Shown piece by piece: positions 48,070-60,266 of a stretch of 64,000 nucleotides of DNA (positions are counted from its first letter, which is position 1; the number at the start of each line of letters is the position of its first letter). The stretch is from assembly GCA_030672305.1 (NCBI GenBank), contig DAOVGR010000064.1, forward strand, positions 33,080 to 97,079, in the 5' to 3' direction. Below the pieces are notes generated by a model. That model was not told the origin of the DNA. It saw only the letters and a program-made list of their open reading frames with translations, and did not search any database. Source of the stretch: Thermoplasmatales archaeon. Its GTDB lineage: Archaea > Thermoplasmatota > E2 > DHVEG-1. The position numbers and the translations under genes are program-made.

Positions 48070-49374
48070 TTAACAATTGAAATAAAATTCATAGTCTAAG
48101 TCTGTAATTTCACCCATATATCTGTTCCATTCATTTCTTTTCTTTTCAATAAAAAGATCTGCAGCATCTCTACCGATACCATTTATAAGAACATTATCAT
48201 TTTCAAATTCTTCAAGAGCTTCCATTAGATTTGTTGGTAATTGTTTTATTTTATATTTTTTTATTTCCTCAGCACTCATCTTGTAGATATTTCTAGAAAC
48301 TGGTTTATAAGTAATTTTTTTCTTTATACCATCTAAACCAGCATAAATAAGAGCGGAAAAAAGCAGATATGGATTTGCAGCAGGGTCTGCATTTCTAATT
48401 TCTATATCTAAATTTTTTCTGGCAGGTATCCTTATCAAACTACTTCGGTTATACTGATCCCAAGCAATATAAATCGGTGCTTCAAAATTTGGAATTAATC
48501 TTTTATAAGAATTAAGAGTAGGATTGGCCAATGCAGCAATTCCCCTGGAATGGTCAAGAATTCCACCAATAAAATAAAGTGCTGTTTGACTCAAATGATA
48601 TGTATTAGAATTATCAAAAAAAATGTTTTTCCCTTTTTTAAATAATGCAATATGTGCATGCATACCGTTACCTGCTTCATCTGAAAGAGGTTTTGGCATA
48701 AATGTAATATCTATATTGAATAATGTGGCGATTTCACGCGCTAAAAATTTAAAAAAACTGCAAAAATCTGCTGCCTCAACTGTTTCTAATTCTTTTACTT
48801 CGATTTCATGTTGAAATTTTCCTTTCTCATGATGTTGGTATTTAACTTGATATCCACTTTCCATTAAAACATCTGATAATCTTTTTCGATATTCCATTAA
48901 ATTGTCCAATGGCGGAGGAGAAAAATAGCTAGTTTTTTCACTTGTATCAACATCTTGATTAGAATCTCTTAAGTTAAATGAACAAAACTCCATCTCAGGT
49001 GAAATTCTTATTTCATCATATCCTTCTTTTTTTGCTTTTGCTACTGCTTTTTTTAAGATATTTCGTGGATCAGCCCGGTATATCTTATAATCTGTATCAT
49101 AAAGGTCTGCACGTATCATAGCCTCGTCTTTTTTATATGGTAAATATTTGAAAGTTTCAATGTCTGGTAGGGCAATCATGTCAGATTTTTCTACCCTCCG
49201 AAATCCTATTGATGACCCATCGAAATTAATTCCTTTTTTCAAAATATTATCTTCTAAAAAACGACTTGCTGGAATGTGTAAAACTCTTAATCCACCAATG
49301 ATGTCTGTAAAATGTACTTGTATCCATTTTATGTCTTTTTTTTTGACTAGTTCCGCAATATCTTTTTTATTCAT
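48070..49374 (-). CDS. glnA: Glutamine synthetase type I family
   Basis: FDGSSI, HHE...QHEI, FMPKP...GNGMHAH, NRSSLIRIP, EIRNADPAANPYL. Confidence 0.9.
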   Translation of the reverse strand: MNKKDIAELVKKKDIKWIQVHFTDIIGGLRVLHIPASRFLEDNILKKGINFDGSSIGFRRVEKSDMIALPDIETFKYLPYKKDEAMIRADLYDTDYKIYRADPRNILKKAVAKAKKEGYDEIRISPEMEFCSFNLRDSNQDVDTSEKTSYFSPPPLDNLMEYRKRLSDVLMESGYQVKYQHHEKGKFQHEIEVKELETVEAADFCSFFKFLAREIATLFNIDITFMPKPLSDEAGNGMHAHIALFKKGKNIFFDNSNTYHLSQTALYFIGGILDHSRGIAALANPTLNSYKRLIPNFEAPIYIAWDQYNRSSLIRIPARKNLDIEIRNADPAANPYLLFSALIYAGLDGIKKKITYKPVSRNIYKMSAEEIKKYKIKQLPTNLMEALEEFENDNVLINGIGRDAADLFIEKKRNEWNRYMGEITDLDYEFYFNC

Positions 49375-49476
49375 AAAGGGATTAGAAAAGCGTTTTTGTT
49401 ATAAATATTTCTATTAAGTAAAAATAATAAAATCTTATTATGAAATCTTTAAATTGAAATATCTAATGTAAGGTTT

Positions 49477-50136
49477 ATGATAAATTATATTTTTAAAGAT
49501 GGAGTAAAAAGAGATATCACAATTGGAAAACTTATTTGTTTAGCTAGATCGTATAAAAAACATGCGCAAGAAATGAATTCTGATATTCCTAAAGAACCTG
49601 TGATATTTTTAAAACCTGCAAGCTCTGTAATATTTAATGGAGATAATATAAAGATTCCAAAAATGTCGAAATGTATACATCATGAAGTAGAATTAGGAAT
49701 TGTTATCGGGGAGAAATGTAAAAATATATTAAAAAAAGATGCAATGGACTATGTCTTTGGTTATTTAGTTGCTCTTGATATTACAGCAAGAGATATTCAG
49801 TCAGAGTTTAAAAAAAAGGGATGGCCTTGGACCATTGCAAAAAGTTTTGATACTTTTTCACCAATTAGTGAGGTTGTTTTAAAAGAAAATGTTACAAGTC
49901 CACAAAACCTTGACATTTCTTTAAAAGTAAATGGTGAAGTAAAACAGAATTCAAACACAAGCTTCATGATTTTTTCGATTGAAAAAATTATTGAATTTAT
50001 ATCCAAGGTAATGACACTTGAACGCGGAGATTTAATTATGACAGGTACACCTGAGGGTGTTGATGAAATTTTTAAAGGAGACATGTTAGAAGCAAAACTT
50101 GGAAATTTTTGTTCATTAAAAGTTAATGTTGATTAA
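49477..50136 (+). CDS. Fumarylacetoacetate hydrolase family protein
   Basis: FLKP, HHEVELG, DITARD, TGTPEGV. Confidence 0.93.
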   Translation: MINYIFKDGVKRDITIGKLICLARSYKKHAQEMNSDIPKEPVIFLKPASSVIFNGDNIKIPKMSKCIHHEVELGIVIGEKCKNILKKDAMDYVFGYLVALDITARDIQSEFKKKGWPWTIAKSFDTFSPISEVVLKENVTSPQNLDISLKVNGEVKQNSNTSFMIFSIEKIIEFISKVMTLERGDLIMTGTPEGVDEIFKGDMLEAKLGNFCSLKVNVD

Positions 50137-50204
50137 TTTTGGAAAATGTTTTAAGTATTAATCATATTGCCAGACTGCATTAGATATTGGAGGAGGTTTA
50201 ACAT

Positions 50205-51383
50205 ATGAAAGACGTTGTAATTGTTTCTGGTGTTAGAATAGCTCAGGGAAGATTTGCCGGAGCATTAAAGGGATTTTCAGCAGCACAACTTGGCAGTATT
50301 GTAATTAAGGAAGCAATTAAACATGCAGGAGTTAAATCAACTGATGTTGATGAAGTTATTATGGGTAATGTCGTATCTGCTGGTCTAGGTCAAAATGTGG
50401 CAAGGCAAGCAGCTATAGGAGCAGATATACCCTACGAAGTTGGAGCATTTCATGTCGATAAAGTTTGTGGTTCAGGTCTAAAAGCAATTGTTATTGCTGC
50501 TCAAGCTATTAAATGCGGAGATGCCGATGTCGTTATTGCTGGCGGTATGGAAAGTATGACAAATTGTCCATATCTATTACCAAAAGCACGTTTTGGTTAT
50601 CGGTTATTTGATGGTAAGATTGTTGATTCTATGGTTCATGATGGTCTTTGGGATGTCTATAATGATTTTCATATGGGCAACACTGGCGAGTATGTAGCTG
50701 AAAAACATAATATCACAAGAGAAGACTGTGATAAGTTTGCCCTTGGCAGCCATCAAAAAGCAGCAAAAGCAACAGAAAATGGATGGTTCAAAGATGAAAT
50801 AATACCTGTAGAAATAAAGCAGAAGAAAGGAGACCCAATTATCTTTGATAAAGATGAGGGTATTAGGGGAGACTCAAGCTTAGAAAAACTAGCTAAACTT
50901 AAACCTTTTTTTAAAAAAGATGGAGTAGTAACTGCAGGTAATGCCTCTCAAATAACTGATGGTGCTTCTGCTGTTGTTGTAATGAGTGAAGAAAGAGCAA
51001 AAAAAGAAGGAATTGAACCATTAGCAACTATAAAAGGTTACAATACTAGTGGTGTTGAACCTGCTTATGTTATGGGAGCTCCAATTCCTGGTGTGAAAGC
51101 TTTAATGAAAAAGATGAATCTTACTGTTGATGATATCGATTTATTTGAACATAACGAAGCTTTTTCATCTGCTTCAGTTGCAGTATTGAAGGAAATTGGT
51201 ATTCCTGAGAAAAAATTCAATGTTCATGGTGGTGCTGTTGCAATAGGTCATCCTATTGGTTGTAGTGGATCTAGAATTCTGATAACTTTGATGCATGCTA
51301 TGAAAAATCTTAATAAAAAGCGTGGTTTAGCGACTGTATGCCTTGGTGGGGGGAATGCAGTTACAATGGTAATTGAGAGGTGA
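50205..51383 (+). CDS. Acetyl-CoA C-acetyltransferase (thiolase)
   Basis: [26 protein letters not shown]. Confidence 0.96.
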   Translation: MKDVVIVSGVRIAQGRFAGALKGFSAAQLGSIVIKEAIKHAGVKSTDVDEVIMGNVVSAGLGQNVARQAAIGADIPYEVGAFHVDKVCGSGLKAIVIAAQAIKCGDADVVIAGGMESMTNCPYLLPKARFGYRLFDGKIVDSMVHDGLWDVYNDFHMGNTGEYVAEKHNITREDCDKFALGSHQKAAKATENGWFKDEIIPVEIKQKKGDPIIFDKDEGIRGDSSLEKLAKLKPFFKKDGVVTAGNASQITDGASAVVVMSEERAKKEGIEPLATIKGYNTSGVEPAYVMGAPIPGVKALMKKMNLTVDDIDLFEHNEAFSSASVAVLKEIGIPEKKFNVHGGAVAIGHPIGCSGSRILITLMHAMKNLNKKRGLATVCLGGGNAVTMVIER

Positions 51384-52243
51384 AAGTTATGTCAGTGAAA
51401 AAAATTGGTGTTATTGGTGCTGGGCAAATGGGACATGGTATTGCTCTTGTTGCTGCTAAAGCAGGTTTTGATGTAGTTTTAAGAGATATAAAAGATGATT
51501 TTGTTCAGAATGGAATGAATAAAATTCAGCGTTTTCTTGATAAAAGTATCGAGAAGGGAAAAATGACTGAAAATGATAAGAAAAAGATACTATCTCATAT
51601 TAAGGGAACAATAAAACTTGAAGATCTTAAAGATGCAGATCTTGTTATCGAGGCGATATTTGAAAATATAAAGGTAAAAAAAGAATTGTTTAGAGATCTT
51701 GATAAAATCTGTAAGAAAGAAACTATTCTTGCATCAAACACATCTACTATTCCAATTACTGATCTTGCTTCTGTTACTGGCAGACCGGATCATTTCATTG
51801 GTATGCATTTTATGAATCCAGTTCCAATAATGAAACTAGTTGAAGTAATAAGAGGACTTCGAACAGATGATCAAACAACCAAACTCATAAAAGAGCTTTC
51901 AGAGAAAATGGGTAAGATTCCAGTTGAAGTAAACGATGGACCCGGATTTGTTTCCAATCGTGTTTTAATTCCTATGATAAATGAGGCAGTTTTTTGTTTG
52001 ATGGATGGAACCGGAACTGCTGAGGCAATAGATAATGTTATGAAGCTTGGTATGAACCATCCAATGGGACCACTTGCACTTGCAGATCTTATTGGTTTGG
52101 ATGTCTGTTTAGATATTATGAATGTCTTGTATGAAGGATTTAATGATTCAAAGTATCGACCATGTCCACTATTAAAAAAGATGGTGCAGGCAGGCAATCT
52201 TGGTAGAAAAACAGGCAAAGGATTTTATGATTATAGCAAGTAG
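51380..52243 (+). CDS. hbd: 3-hydroxybutyryl-CoA dehydrogenase
   Basis: GAGQMG, SNTS, GMHFMNP, HPMGP. Confidence 0.94.
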   Translation: MKVMSVKKIGVIGAGQMGHGIALVAAKAGFDVVLRDIKDDFVQNGMNKIQRFLDKSIEKGKMTENDKKKILSHIKGTIKLEDLKDADLVIEAIFENIKVKKELFRDLDKICKKETILASNTSTIPITDLASVTGRPDHFIGMHFMNPVPIMKLVEVIRGLRTDDQTTKLIKELSEKMGKIPVEVNDGPGFVSNRVLIPMINEAVFCLMDGTGTAEAIDNVMKLGMNHPMGPLALADLIGLDVCLDIMNVLYEGFNDSKYRPCPLLKKMVQAGNLGRKTGKGFYDYSK

Positions 52244-52254
52244 GAGTTGAATTT

Positions 52255-53037
52255 ATGACTTTTAAAAATATCAAAATTGAAAAAAAAGAGGGTATTGCAA
52301 CAATTAAAATCAATAGACCTCAGGTATTAAATGCTCTTAATAAAGATACAATTTCTGAACTAGCATCTGCTGTCGAAGAATTAGATGCAGATAAGAATGT
52401 AAAGGTTGTAATTTTAACTGGTGAGGGAGATAAGGCATTTATTGCAGGTGCAGACATAAAACAGATGGCTGATATGACTTCCTTAGATGCTAAAAAGTTT
52501 GCAGAGCTTGGACATAACATGCTTATGAAAATCGAAAACTCTCGACTGCCATTTATTGCAGCAATTAATGGTTATGCTCTTGGAGGTGGCTGTGAGGTTT
52601 TAATGGCATGCGACATTTGTATTGCTGTAAAAAGTGCAAAGATTGGCCAACCGGAAATAAACCTTGGCGTTCATCCAGGGTTTGGAGGAACACAACGACT
52701 ACCTAGACTTGTTGGAAGAATGAAAGCAAAAGAGCTTTTGTTTACTGGTAAAAATATCGATGCAGAAGAAGCATATAAAATAGGTCTTGTAAACATGGTT
52801 GTAGATGATGATAAACTAATGGAAACAGTTCATAAACTTGCAGGACAAATAGCTAGTAAATCCACAGTTCAGACTGCATTTATAAAATCACTTGTAAATA
52901 AAGGTACTGATATTGATATTAATTCAGCATGTTCACTAGAGATTTCATATTTTTCATCTAGTTTTTCTACAAATGATCAAAAAGAGGGAATGAAGGCATT
53001 TCTTGAGAAAAGAAAACCTGAGTTTAAAGGTAAATAA
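52255..53037 (+). CDS. crt: Enoyl-CoA hydratase (crotonase)
   Basis: FIAGADI, ALGGGCE, GQPEINLG. Confidence 0.92.
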   Translation: MTFKNIKIEKKEGIATIKINRPQVLNALNKDTISELASAVEELDADKNVKVVILTGEGDKAFIAGADIKQMADMTSLDAKKFAELGHNMLMKIENSRLPFIAAINGYALGGGCEVLMACDICIAVKSAKIGQPEINLGVHPGFGGTQRLPRLVGRMKAKELLFTGKNIDAEEAYKIGLVNMVVDDDKLMETVHKLAGQIASKSTVQTAFIKSLVNKGTDIDINSACSLEISYFSSSFSTNDQKEGMKAFLEKRKPEFKGK

Positions 53038-53058
53038 TTCCCAATTTTTTTCTTTTTT

Positions 53059-54000
53059 TTATTTTAAAATTTTTCCTAATATCTCCTCAGCAGCAGTATA
53101 TGGATCAACTTCTTTTTTACTAATCTGATCAATTAATGACTCAACTTTTCCTTTAAAAGTTGATTCATCAAAAATAAAATTCATCAATCTTTTTCTTATA
53201 ATTTCAACAAGTTCTGCTTCGTATCGCTTTCTTCTTTTAGCATCAAACATTTTTGTTTTTTTCAAGTGCTTTTTATGATTCTCAATTTCATTAATAAGTT
53301 CTACAATACCCTTGTTTTCTTTAGCAACTGTTGTAAGAACAGGTGTTTTTCTATCTTTTCCAGTACATGCAATATCTATTAAAGATTCCAATTCAGCAAC
53401 TGCCTGCTCCACGCCAAACCTATCAGCTTTGTTTACTATATATATGTCAGCGATTTCCATGATACCTGCTTTAATTGTTTGAATAGAATCTCCTAGACCT
53501 GGAACTAGGACAACAAGTGTTGTATCAGCAATCTTAATTACATCAACTTCAGCCTGGCCTACTCCAACAGTTTCAACTAATACTAAATCTTTACCTGATG
53601 CATCTAAAATCTCAACTACATCATAAACTGCACTTGTAAGTCCTCCAAGCATACCACGGGTGCCCATACTTCTTATAAAAACACCATCATCTGTTGCAAG
53701 ATCCATCATTCTGATTCGGTCGCCTAATAAAGCACCTCCACTGAAAGGACTTGTTGGGTCAATTGCTATTATTCCAACCTTTAAACCTTTTCTTCGATAT
53801 TCTTTAGTTAACTCATAAATTAATGTACTTTTTCCACTTCCCATAACACCAGTAATGCCGATAACATAGGCGTTTCCAGTATATGGATGAATTTTTTTCA
53901 TTCCACTAGCTGCTAAAGGGGAACCGTTTTCTGCAAGTGTAATTAATCTTGCAATTGATCTTTGATCACCTTCTAAAACTTTAGCAGCAATATCGTTCAT
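53059..54000 (-). CDS. meaB: MeaB/ArgK G-protein chaperone of B12-dependent mutases
   Basis: [35 protein letters not shown]. Confidence 0.95.
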   Translation of the reverse strand: MNDIAAKVLEGDQRSIARLITLAENGSPLAASGMKKIHPYTGNAYVIGITGVMGSGKSTLIYELTKEYRRKGLKVGIIAIDPTSPFSGGALLGDRIRMMDLATDDGVFIRSMGTRGMLGGLTSAVYDVVEILDASGKDLVLVETVGVGQAEVDVIKIADTTLVVLVPGLGDSIQTIKAGIMEIADIYIVNKADRFGVEQAVAELESLIDIACTGKDRKTPVLTTVAKENKGIVELINEIENHKKHLKKTKMFDAKRRKRYEAELVEIIRKRLMNFIFDESTFKGKVESLIDQISKKEVDPYTAAEEILGKILK

Positions 54001-54410
54001 TTTTTCACATTCTTGCGAATAAACCTAACAATATCTTCACAATGAGTACCAGGACCAAATACTCCAGACACACCTGCTTTTTTTAATTTTGAAACATCTT
54101 CTTCTGGTATTATTCCGCCACCAATAATCAATACATCATTCAATCCTTTCGCATTTAATAATTTAGTTACATCCTTAAACAATGTCATATGGGCTCCAGA
54201 CAACAAACTAAGACCAATTACATTGACATCTTCTTGAATTGCAGTTTCAACAATCATTTCAGCTGTTTGATGAAGTCCAGTATAAACCACCTCCATACCA
54301 GCATCACGTAGAGCACGAGCAACAATCTTTGCTCCCCGATCATGGCCATCAAGACCTGGTTTAGCTATTAAAACTCTAATTTTTTGATCCATAAAAAACA
54401 TCCTCCTCAA
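53997..54410 (-). CDS. Acyl-CoA mutase cobalamin-binding small subunit
   Basis: [12 protein letters not shown]12 motif, SLLSGAH. Confidence 0.96.
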   Translation of the reverse strand: MRRMFFMDQKIRVLIAKPGLDGHDRGAKIVARALRDAGMEVVYTGLHQTAEMIVETAIQEDVNVIGLSLLSGAHMTLFKDVTKLLNAKGLNDVLIIGGGIIPEEDVSKLKKAGVSGVFGPGTHCEDIVRFIRKNVKK

Positions 54411-56098
54411 TATATTGCAGGTTCAGTGTACTCTCCAAAAACCTCCCTTAATATATCACAAGTCTCACCCAATGTAGCATATGAATGAACACATTCAAGA
54501 ATAAATGGCATAAGATTTTTATCACCATCTGCAGCCTTTCTAAGATTAGAAAGATTTCGATCAACCTTAGAATTATTTCTATTTTTACGAAGCTTTTTCA
54601 AACGATTAATCTGACGTTCCTCTCCCTTTTCATCCATTTTTAAAATTGGAATTTCAATAGGTTCATCCATCTGATATTTATTAACACCAACCATAATACG
54701 CTCTTTTTCATCTATCTCTTTTTGGTATTTATAGGAAGATTCAGCTATTTCACGCTGGAAAAAACCTTTCTCAATAGCAGGTATTACACCACCTAATTTT
54801 TCAACCTTATCAAAATATTTGTAAGTCTCTTCCACCATCTTATCAGTTAACCACTCAATATAGTAAGAACCTCCCAGAGGATCAACAGTATCAGTAACTC
54901 CACTTTCTTCAGCAATGACTTGCTGAGTTCTTAAGGCAATTCGAGCGGCTTTTGCAGATGGCAAGGCCAATGCTTCATCCATTGAATTTGTATGAAGTGA
55001 CTGAGTTCCCCCTAGTATAGAAGAAAGAGCTTGCATTGTAACTCGAGCAATATTAATCTCAGGTTGCTGAGCAGTTAATGTACATCCAGCTGTCTGAGTA
55101 TGAAACCGCATATACAAAGATCGATCTTTTTTTGCTCCTAAATTTCTCATTTCCTGAGACCAAATACGTCTTGCAGCACGATATTTTGCAATCTCTTCAA
55201 AGAAATCATTATGCGCATTAAAGAAGAAACTTAAACGTTGAGCAAAATCATCGATTTTAAGACCACGTTTTATAGCCCATCTAACATATTCTAGACCATC
55301 ACCTAAAGTAAATGCTAACTCTTGGATTGCTGTGCTACCTGCTTCACGTATATGGTACCCACTGATACTAATTGTATTCCAACGCGGAACCTCCTTAAAG
55401 CCATATTCAAATGTATCAACAATTAAACGCATACTAGGTTCTGGTGGAAAAATAAAAGATTTCTGAGCAATATATTCCTTTAAAATGTCATTTTGTATAG
55501 TACCACCTATACTTTGTTTACTTATACCCCGATTTTCGGCATTGGCCATATAAAAAGCCCAAACAATAGCAGCAGGTCCATTGATAGTCATACTAGTAGT
55601 TACTTCATCAATAGAAATCCCATTAAATAAAATCTCCATATCCTTAAGAGAAGAAATTGCGACTCCGCATTTTCCAAACTCACCTCGTGAAAGTGGCTGA
55701 TCAGTATCATAACCATATAATGTTGGATAGTCAAATGCAACACTTAATCCAGTTTCACCATGCTCCAGTAGATACTTATATCGTTTATTAGTCTCCTCAG
55801 CAGACCCAAATCCACTAAATTGGCGCATAGTCCACAGGCGTCCTCTATACATAGTTGGATGAATTCCTCTTAAAAATGGATAAATTCCAGGGAAACCTAA
55901 GTGCTTATCATAATCAAGATGAGCGACATCATCAGGTGTGTAAATATTCTCAATCTTTAATGAGGATAGGTTATTAAATTTCTTCTTACGCTCTGCTCGA
56001 TTTTTTACATGTTGTGAATAACATTCTTTATTCCATTCTACTTTCTTTCTTTTAATATTATCCAACTCTTTTTTATCATACATAGAAGAAACCCCCAT
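54407..56098 (-). CDS. Acyl-CoA mutase large subunit, isobutyryl-CoA mutase-like specificity residues
   Basis: [36 protein letters not shown]. Confidence 0.92.
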   Translation of the reverse strand: MGVSSMYDKKELDNIKRKKVEWNKECYSQHVKNRAERKKKFNNLSSLKIENIYTPDDVAHLDYDKHLGFPGIYPFLRGIHPTMYRGRLWTMRQFSGFGSAEETNKRYKYLLEHGETGLSVAFDYPTLYGYDTDQPLSRGEFGKCGVAISSLKDMEILFNGISIDEVTTSMTINGPAAIVWAFYMANAENRGISKQSIGGTIQNDILKEYIAQKSFIFPPEPSMRLIVDTFEYGFKEVPRWNTISISGYHIREAGSTAIQELAFTLGDGLEYVRWAIKRGLKIDDFAQRLSFFFNAHNDFFEEIAKYRAARRIWSQEMRNLGAKKDRSLYMRFHTQTAGCTLTAQQPEINIARVTMQALSSILGGTQSLHTNSMDEALALPSAKAARIALRTQQVIAEESGVTDTVDPLGGSYYIEWLTDKMVEETYKYFDKVEKLGGVIPAIEKGFFQREIAESSYKYQKEIDEKERIMVGVNKYQMDEPIEIPILKMDEKGEERQINRLKKLRKNRNNSKVDRNLSNLRKAADGDKNLMPFILECVHSYATLGETCDILREVFGEYTEPAIY

Positions 56099-56617
56099 TT
56101 AGAAATCAATACCTTTTCGAGCAGGTACACCTTGTTGATAAGGGTGTTTTATTTCAAGCATCTCTGTAACAAGATCAGCGTATCTTACTAGTTCAGGATG
56201 AGCATCTCTACCTGTTAATATAAGTTCAAGTTTTTCTGGTTTTCCTTCAAGAAGTTTTATCACATCTTTTAAGGAAATGAGATTATAATCAATTGCAACG
56301 TTAATTTCATCAAGAATAATCATATCATATTTTCCATTGTTTACAATCTCTTTAGAATATTTGAAACCTTTTTGAGCTAGATCAATATCAACTTGATCAG
56401 GTTTTTCTTTTGATACAAATTCGTCTCTACCATGCTGTGTAATTGTAAAATTTGAGATATTTTCAATAGTATCTATCTCACTGTATCTTCGACCTTTCAT
56501 AAACTGGACCATATGAACTTTCATTCCAGCACCAGCAGCACGAATTCCTAGTCCCAAAGCTGCAGTAGTTTTGCCTTTTCCTGGGCCAGTGTATACATGG
56601 ACATATCCTTTTTTCAA
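56099..56617 (-). CDS. cobO: Cob(I)alamin adenosyltransferase (CobO/BtuR)
   Basis: YTGPGKGKTTAALG, VQFMKG, ILDEI, LTGR. Confidence 0.95.
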   Translation of the reverse strand: MKKGYVHVYTGPGKGKTTAALGLGIRAAGAGMKVHMVQFMKGRRYSEIDTIENISNFTITQHGRDEFVSKEKPDQVDIDLAQKGFKYSKEIVNNGKYDMIILDEINVAIDYNLISLKDVIKLLEGKPEKLELILTGRDAHPELVRYADLVTEMLEIKHPYQQGVPARKGIDF

Positions 56618-56712
56618 TGAAATCTCCTCTCCGTGTATTGTCTACATTATTATATTTCTTTCCTTAGAGGGATATAGAAACCTTTATGATTAATAACTAG
56701 ATTCCAAGCCTC

Positions 56713-57852
56713 ATGAAATTAGAGTTAAATGATCAGCAAAAAATGATACAAAAAATGGTTCGAGAGTTTGCTGAAAAAGAGATTAGCCCAGTCGCCGCAG
56801 AACTTGATCAAAAAGAAGAGTACCCAACAAAAATTCTTGAGAAAATGTCTAAACTAGGACTTCTTGGAACAATTATTCCAACTGCGTATAGTGGAGCAGG
56901 CCTTGATACAATTAGTTATTCTATTGTTGTTGAAGAAATATCAAGAAAATGTGCTTCAACAGGGGTTATCACATCAGTTCATATTTCTCTTGTTAGTTGG
57001 CCAATAATGAAATATGGAACTGATGAACAGAAAAAAAAGTATCTTCCAATGCTTGCAAAAGGAGAAAAAATTGGTGCATTTGCTGCAACAGAACCAAATG
57101 CTGGTTCTGATCTTGGTGCAATGCAAACAACAGCAGTTCTTAAAGGCGATAAATATATTATAAATGGAGATAAAACATTTATCACAAGCGGGCCGGAAGC
57201 AGGTATCATTATTGTTTTTGCTGTAACTGATAAAAGTGCTGGGTCTAAAGGCATCAGTGCATTTATTGTTGAAAGTTCTTTCAAAGGTTATAAGGTTGGA
57301 AGTATCTTTGAAAAATTAGGAATAAATGCATCTAAAACTTCAGAGTTAATTTTTGAAAATATGGAAGTACCTAAGGAAAATCTTCTTGGTAAAGAAGGTG
57401 AAGGATTTAAAATTGCTTTAACTACACTTGATGGAGGAAGAATCGGAATTGGTGCTCAAGCTGTAGGTATTGCTCAAGCAGCTCTTGATGAAAGTATTGA
57501 ATATTCAAAACAAAGGCAACAATTTGGTAGACCACTTGCAAAATTTCAAGCAATTCAATGGATGGTTGCAGATATGGCAACTCGAATAGAAGCATCACGA
57601 TATCTTGTTTATAATGCATCTTATAAAAAAGATCTTGGGGAAAGATTTAGCAAGGAAGCTGCAATGGCAAAATTATTTGCTTCTGAGACAGCTGTTGAAT
57701 CGGTTATTAAAGCAGTTCAGATACATGGTGGTTATGGTTATACTAAGGAATATACAGTCGAGAGGTTATTCCGAGATGCTAAAATAACCGAAATTTATGA
57801 AGGTACTTCTGAAGTACAAAGGTTGGTAATTGCTGCAAGTCTTCTAAGATAA
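56713..57852 (+). CDS. Acyl-CoA dehydrogenase (short/branched chain)
   Basis: TEPNAGSD, GGRIGI, QIHGGYGY, IYEGTSE. Confidence 0.95.
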   Translation: MKLELNDQQKMIQKMVREFAEKEISPVAAELDQKEEYPTKILEKMSKLGLLGTIIPTAYSGAGLDTISYSIVVEEISRKCASTGVITSVHISLVSWPIMKYGTDEQKKKYLPMLAKGEKIGAFAATEPNAGSDLGAMQTTAVLKGDKYIINGDKTFITSGPEAGIIIVFAVTDKSAGSKGISAFIVESSFKGYKVGSIFEKLGINASKTSELIFENMEVPKENLLGKEGEGFKIALTTLDGGRIGIGAQAVGIAQAALDESIEYSKQRQQFGRPLAKFQAIQWMVADMATRIEASRYLVYNASYKKDLGERFSKEAAMAKLFASETAVESVIKAVQIHGGYGYTKEYTVERLFRDAKITEIYEGTSEVQRLVIAASLLR

Positions 57853-57873
57853 AATTTTACTGAGGTATACATA

Positions 57874-59502
57874 ATGGGGGAGTTTAATTACGAAAAAGAA
57901 TATCAGAGTTGGAAATGGGATATTCCAAAAAAATATAATATTGGTTATGATTGTGTTGATAAACATACTGAAACAAAAAAAAGAAACAAGGTAGCATTAT
58001 ACTGGGAGAATGCTGAAGGAGATTCTGATAAGTATACATATAATGATATGAAAAGACTTACCAATAAGTTTGGTAATGCTCTTAAAAAACTTGGTTTTAA
58101 GAAAGGGGATAGATTTCTTATAAGGCTTCCTAATCATCCAGAATTCCAAGTATCTTTCTTAGGTGGAGTGAAGATAGGTGCAATCCCTATTCCCTCAAGT
58201 GTTATGTTCAGGCCTCATGAGATAGAATATAGGATAAACAATAGTAATTCAAAAGCCGTTATTACAACGTCAAAATATGTTAATGAAGTAAACGAGGTAA
58301 AGGATGAATGTCCAAGCCTAGAGCAAATAATAATTGTTGATGATGCATATGGAGATCAGCTTTTATATGACGATTTAATGAAGGAATCATCTAGTAATTT
58401 AGATATTGAACCTACTAGTAACGAGGATATGGCTTTTTTCTGTTATACATCTGGAACTACAGGAAATCCTAAAGGCGCGGTTCACCTTCACCGCTGGGTT
58501 CCAGGTAATGACCCTAGTGTTTTATTTTGGCAACAAGGAAGGGATGATGATTTGTTGGCCCATACTGGTGATCTTAACTGGATTTTTCCACTTGGAAATG
58601 GTTTTCTTTATCCATGGCGATGGGGATTTTCTACATTAATATATGACGGTAGGTTTAATCCTGAACGTTGGTTTGAATTATTAGAAAAATATAAGATTAC
58701 AAACCTTGCATCAGTACCAACTGCGTACCGTATGTTTGTTGCAGTTAAAGATGCAGAAAAGAAATATGATCTATCATCACTTAGACATTGTATTTCAGCT
58801 GGTGAACCTCTAAATCCACGAGTTATTCAGCTCTGGAAAAAAAGGTTTGGACTTGATATCTATGATGGAATAGGAATGACAGAAATCATGGTATACCTAT
58901 CTAATTTTGAAGGTATGAAAATTAAACCAGGTTCCTGTGGAAAACCTCAACCGGGCAGAATTTGTAAAATAGTTGACCATGATGGAAAGGAGCTACTACA
59001 GGGAGAATCCGGAGTTCTTGCAATTAAGGATAGTGATCCTGGTTTATTCAAAGAATATTGGAACAAACCAGATAAAACAAATGAGAGTTTTAAGAATGGT
59101 TTTTTCCTTTCAGGTGATGTTCTTTATCAGGATGGAGATGAATACTTTTGGTTTAGTGGACGTGATGATGACTTAATTATGGCTGCAGGATACAGAATTT
59201 CACCTTTTGAGGTTGAATCAGCAATTATATCTCACCCGGAAGTATTGGAGTGTGCGGTAGTTGCTAGTCCTGATAAAATGAGAGGAGTTATTGTTAAAGC
59301 ATTTGTAATATTATTAGATCAATCTAAAGCATCTGATGATTTAGCTAAGGATATTCAGGAGCATACAAAAATGGTTGCAGCGCCTTATAAATATCCTCGT
59401 GAAATTGAATTTGTTGAAGAGCTTCCTAAGACCCAAAGTGGTAAGATTAAAAGGAAGCAATTAAGAGAATTAGAGATTGGTAGAAAAGGAGTGAAAAAAT
59501 GA
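57874..59502 (+). CDS. AMP-forming acyl-CoA synthetase
   Basis: YTSGTTGNPKG, YDGIGMTE, GRDDD, PKTQSGK. Confidence 0.93.
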   Translation: MGEFNYEKEYQSWKWDIPKKYNIGYDCVDKHTETKKRNKVALYWENAEGDSDKYTYNDMKRLTNKFGNALKKLGFKKGDRFLIRLPNHPEFQVSFLGGVKIGAIPIPSSVMFRPHEIEYRINNSNSKAVITTSKYVNEVNEVKDECPSLEQIIIVDDAYGDQLLYDDLMKESSSNLDIEPTSNEDMAFFCYTSGTTGNPKGAVHLHRWVPGNDPSVLFWQQGRDDDLLAHTGDLNWIFPLGNGFLYPWRWGFSTLIYDGRFNPERWFELLEKYKITNLASVPTAYRMFVAVKDAEKKYDLSSLRHCISAGEPLNPRVIQLWKKRFGLDIYDGIGMTEIMVYLSNFEGMKIKPGSCGKPQPGRICKIVDHDGKELLQGESGVLAIKDSDPGLFKEYWNKPDKTNESFKNGFFLSGDVLYQDGDEYFWFSGRDDDLIMAAGYRISPFEVESAIISHPEVLECAVVASPDKMRGVIVKAFVILLDQSKASDDLAKDIQEHTKMVAAPYKYPREIEFVEELPKTQSGKIKRKQLRELEIGRKGVKK

Positions 59503-60260
59503 ATATAATTGTTTGTGCAAAGCAGGTTATTGATGTATCAGAAATGAAGGTAGATCCTAGCACTAAAAAACCAATTTTACAAGGAGTCCCTCAAAAAATA
59601 AGTGATATCGATAAAAATGCTATGGAGGAAGCAATAAAAATAAAAGAAAAGCATGGTGGAAAAATAACAGTTGTGACAATTGGACCAACCGATGCAAAAG
59701 AAAGGATAAAAGAACTTCTTGCTATGGGCGCAGATGAAGGAGTTTTAGTTTCTCCTCCAGAAAAATATGACTATTATGTTATATCAAATCTCTTAGCTAG
59801 TGCAATAAAAAAAATTGGTGAATACGATATTATCCTATGCGGGGAAGCATCTATCGATATGTTTTCAGGTCAAGCAGGTCCTCGCTTAGCTGGACTGCTT
59901 GGTATTCCTCAAATAACCTATGCTCAGAACGTTGTTGTTGATAAAGATAAAGTGACTGCTGATAGAAATATGGGTGATACTGCAGTTACTACTGAATCCT
60001 CTTATCCTGTTCTAATTACAGTTACAAAAGAAATCAATGAACCTAGACTTCCTAGTTTAATGCAGATACTTGGTGCGGCAAATAAACCTATAAATGAAAT
60101 GACAGCTGATTCTCTTACTGATGGATTAAATCCTAAGGTTGAAATGCTTGAACTCAAAGGAGTTTCAATGGAGAGAAAAAATATTGTTTATAAGGATGAC
60201 ATTGATGAATCCATTAGTAAACTTGTGGATAGTCTTGCTAAAGAAGGAGTTTTGAGGTGA
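59499..60260 (+). CDS. etfB: Electron transfer flavoprotein beta subunit
   Basis: CAKQV, DKNAMEEA, EINEPRLPS. Confidence 0.94.
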   Translation: MNIIVCAKQVIDVSEMKVDPSTKKPILQGVPQKISDIDKNAMEEAIKIKEKHGGKITVVTIGPTDAKERIKELLAMGADEGVLVSPPEKYDYYVISNLLASAIKKIGEYDIILCGEASIDMFSGQAGPRLAGLLGIPQITYAQNVVVDKDKVTADRNMGDTAVTTESSYPVLITVTKEINEPRLPSLMQILGAANKPINEMTADSLTDGLNPKVEMLELKGVSMERKNIVYKDDIDESISKLVDSLAKEGVLR

Positions 60261-60266
60261 TAAAAG

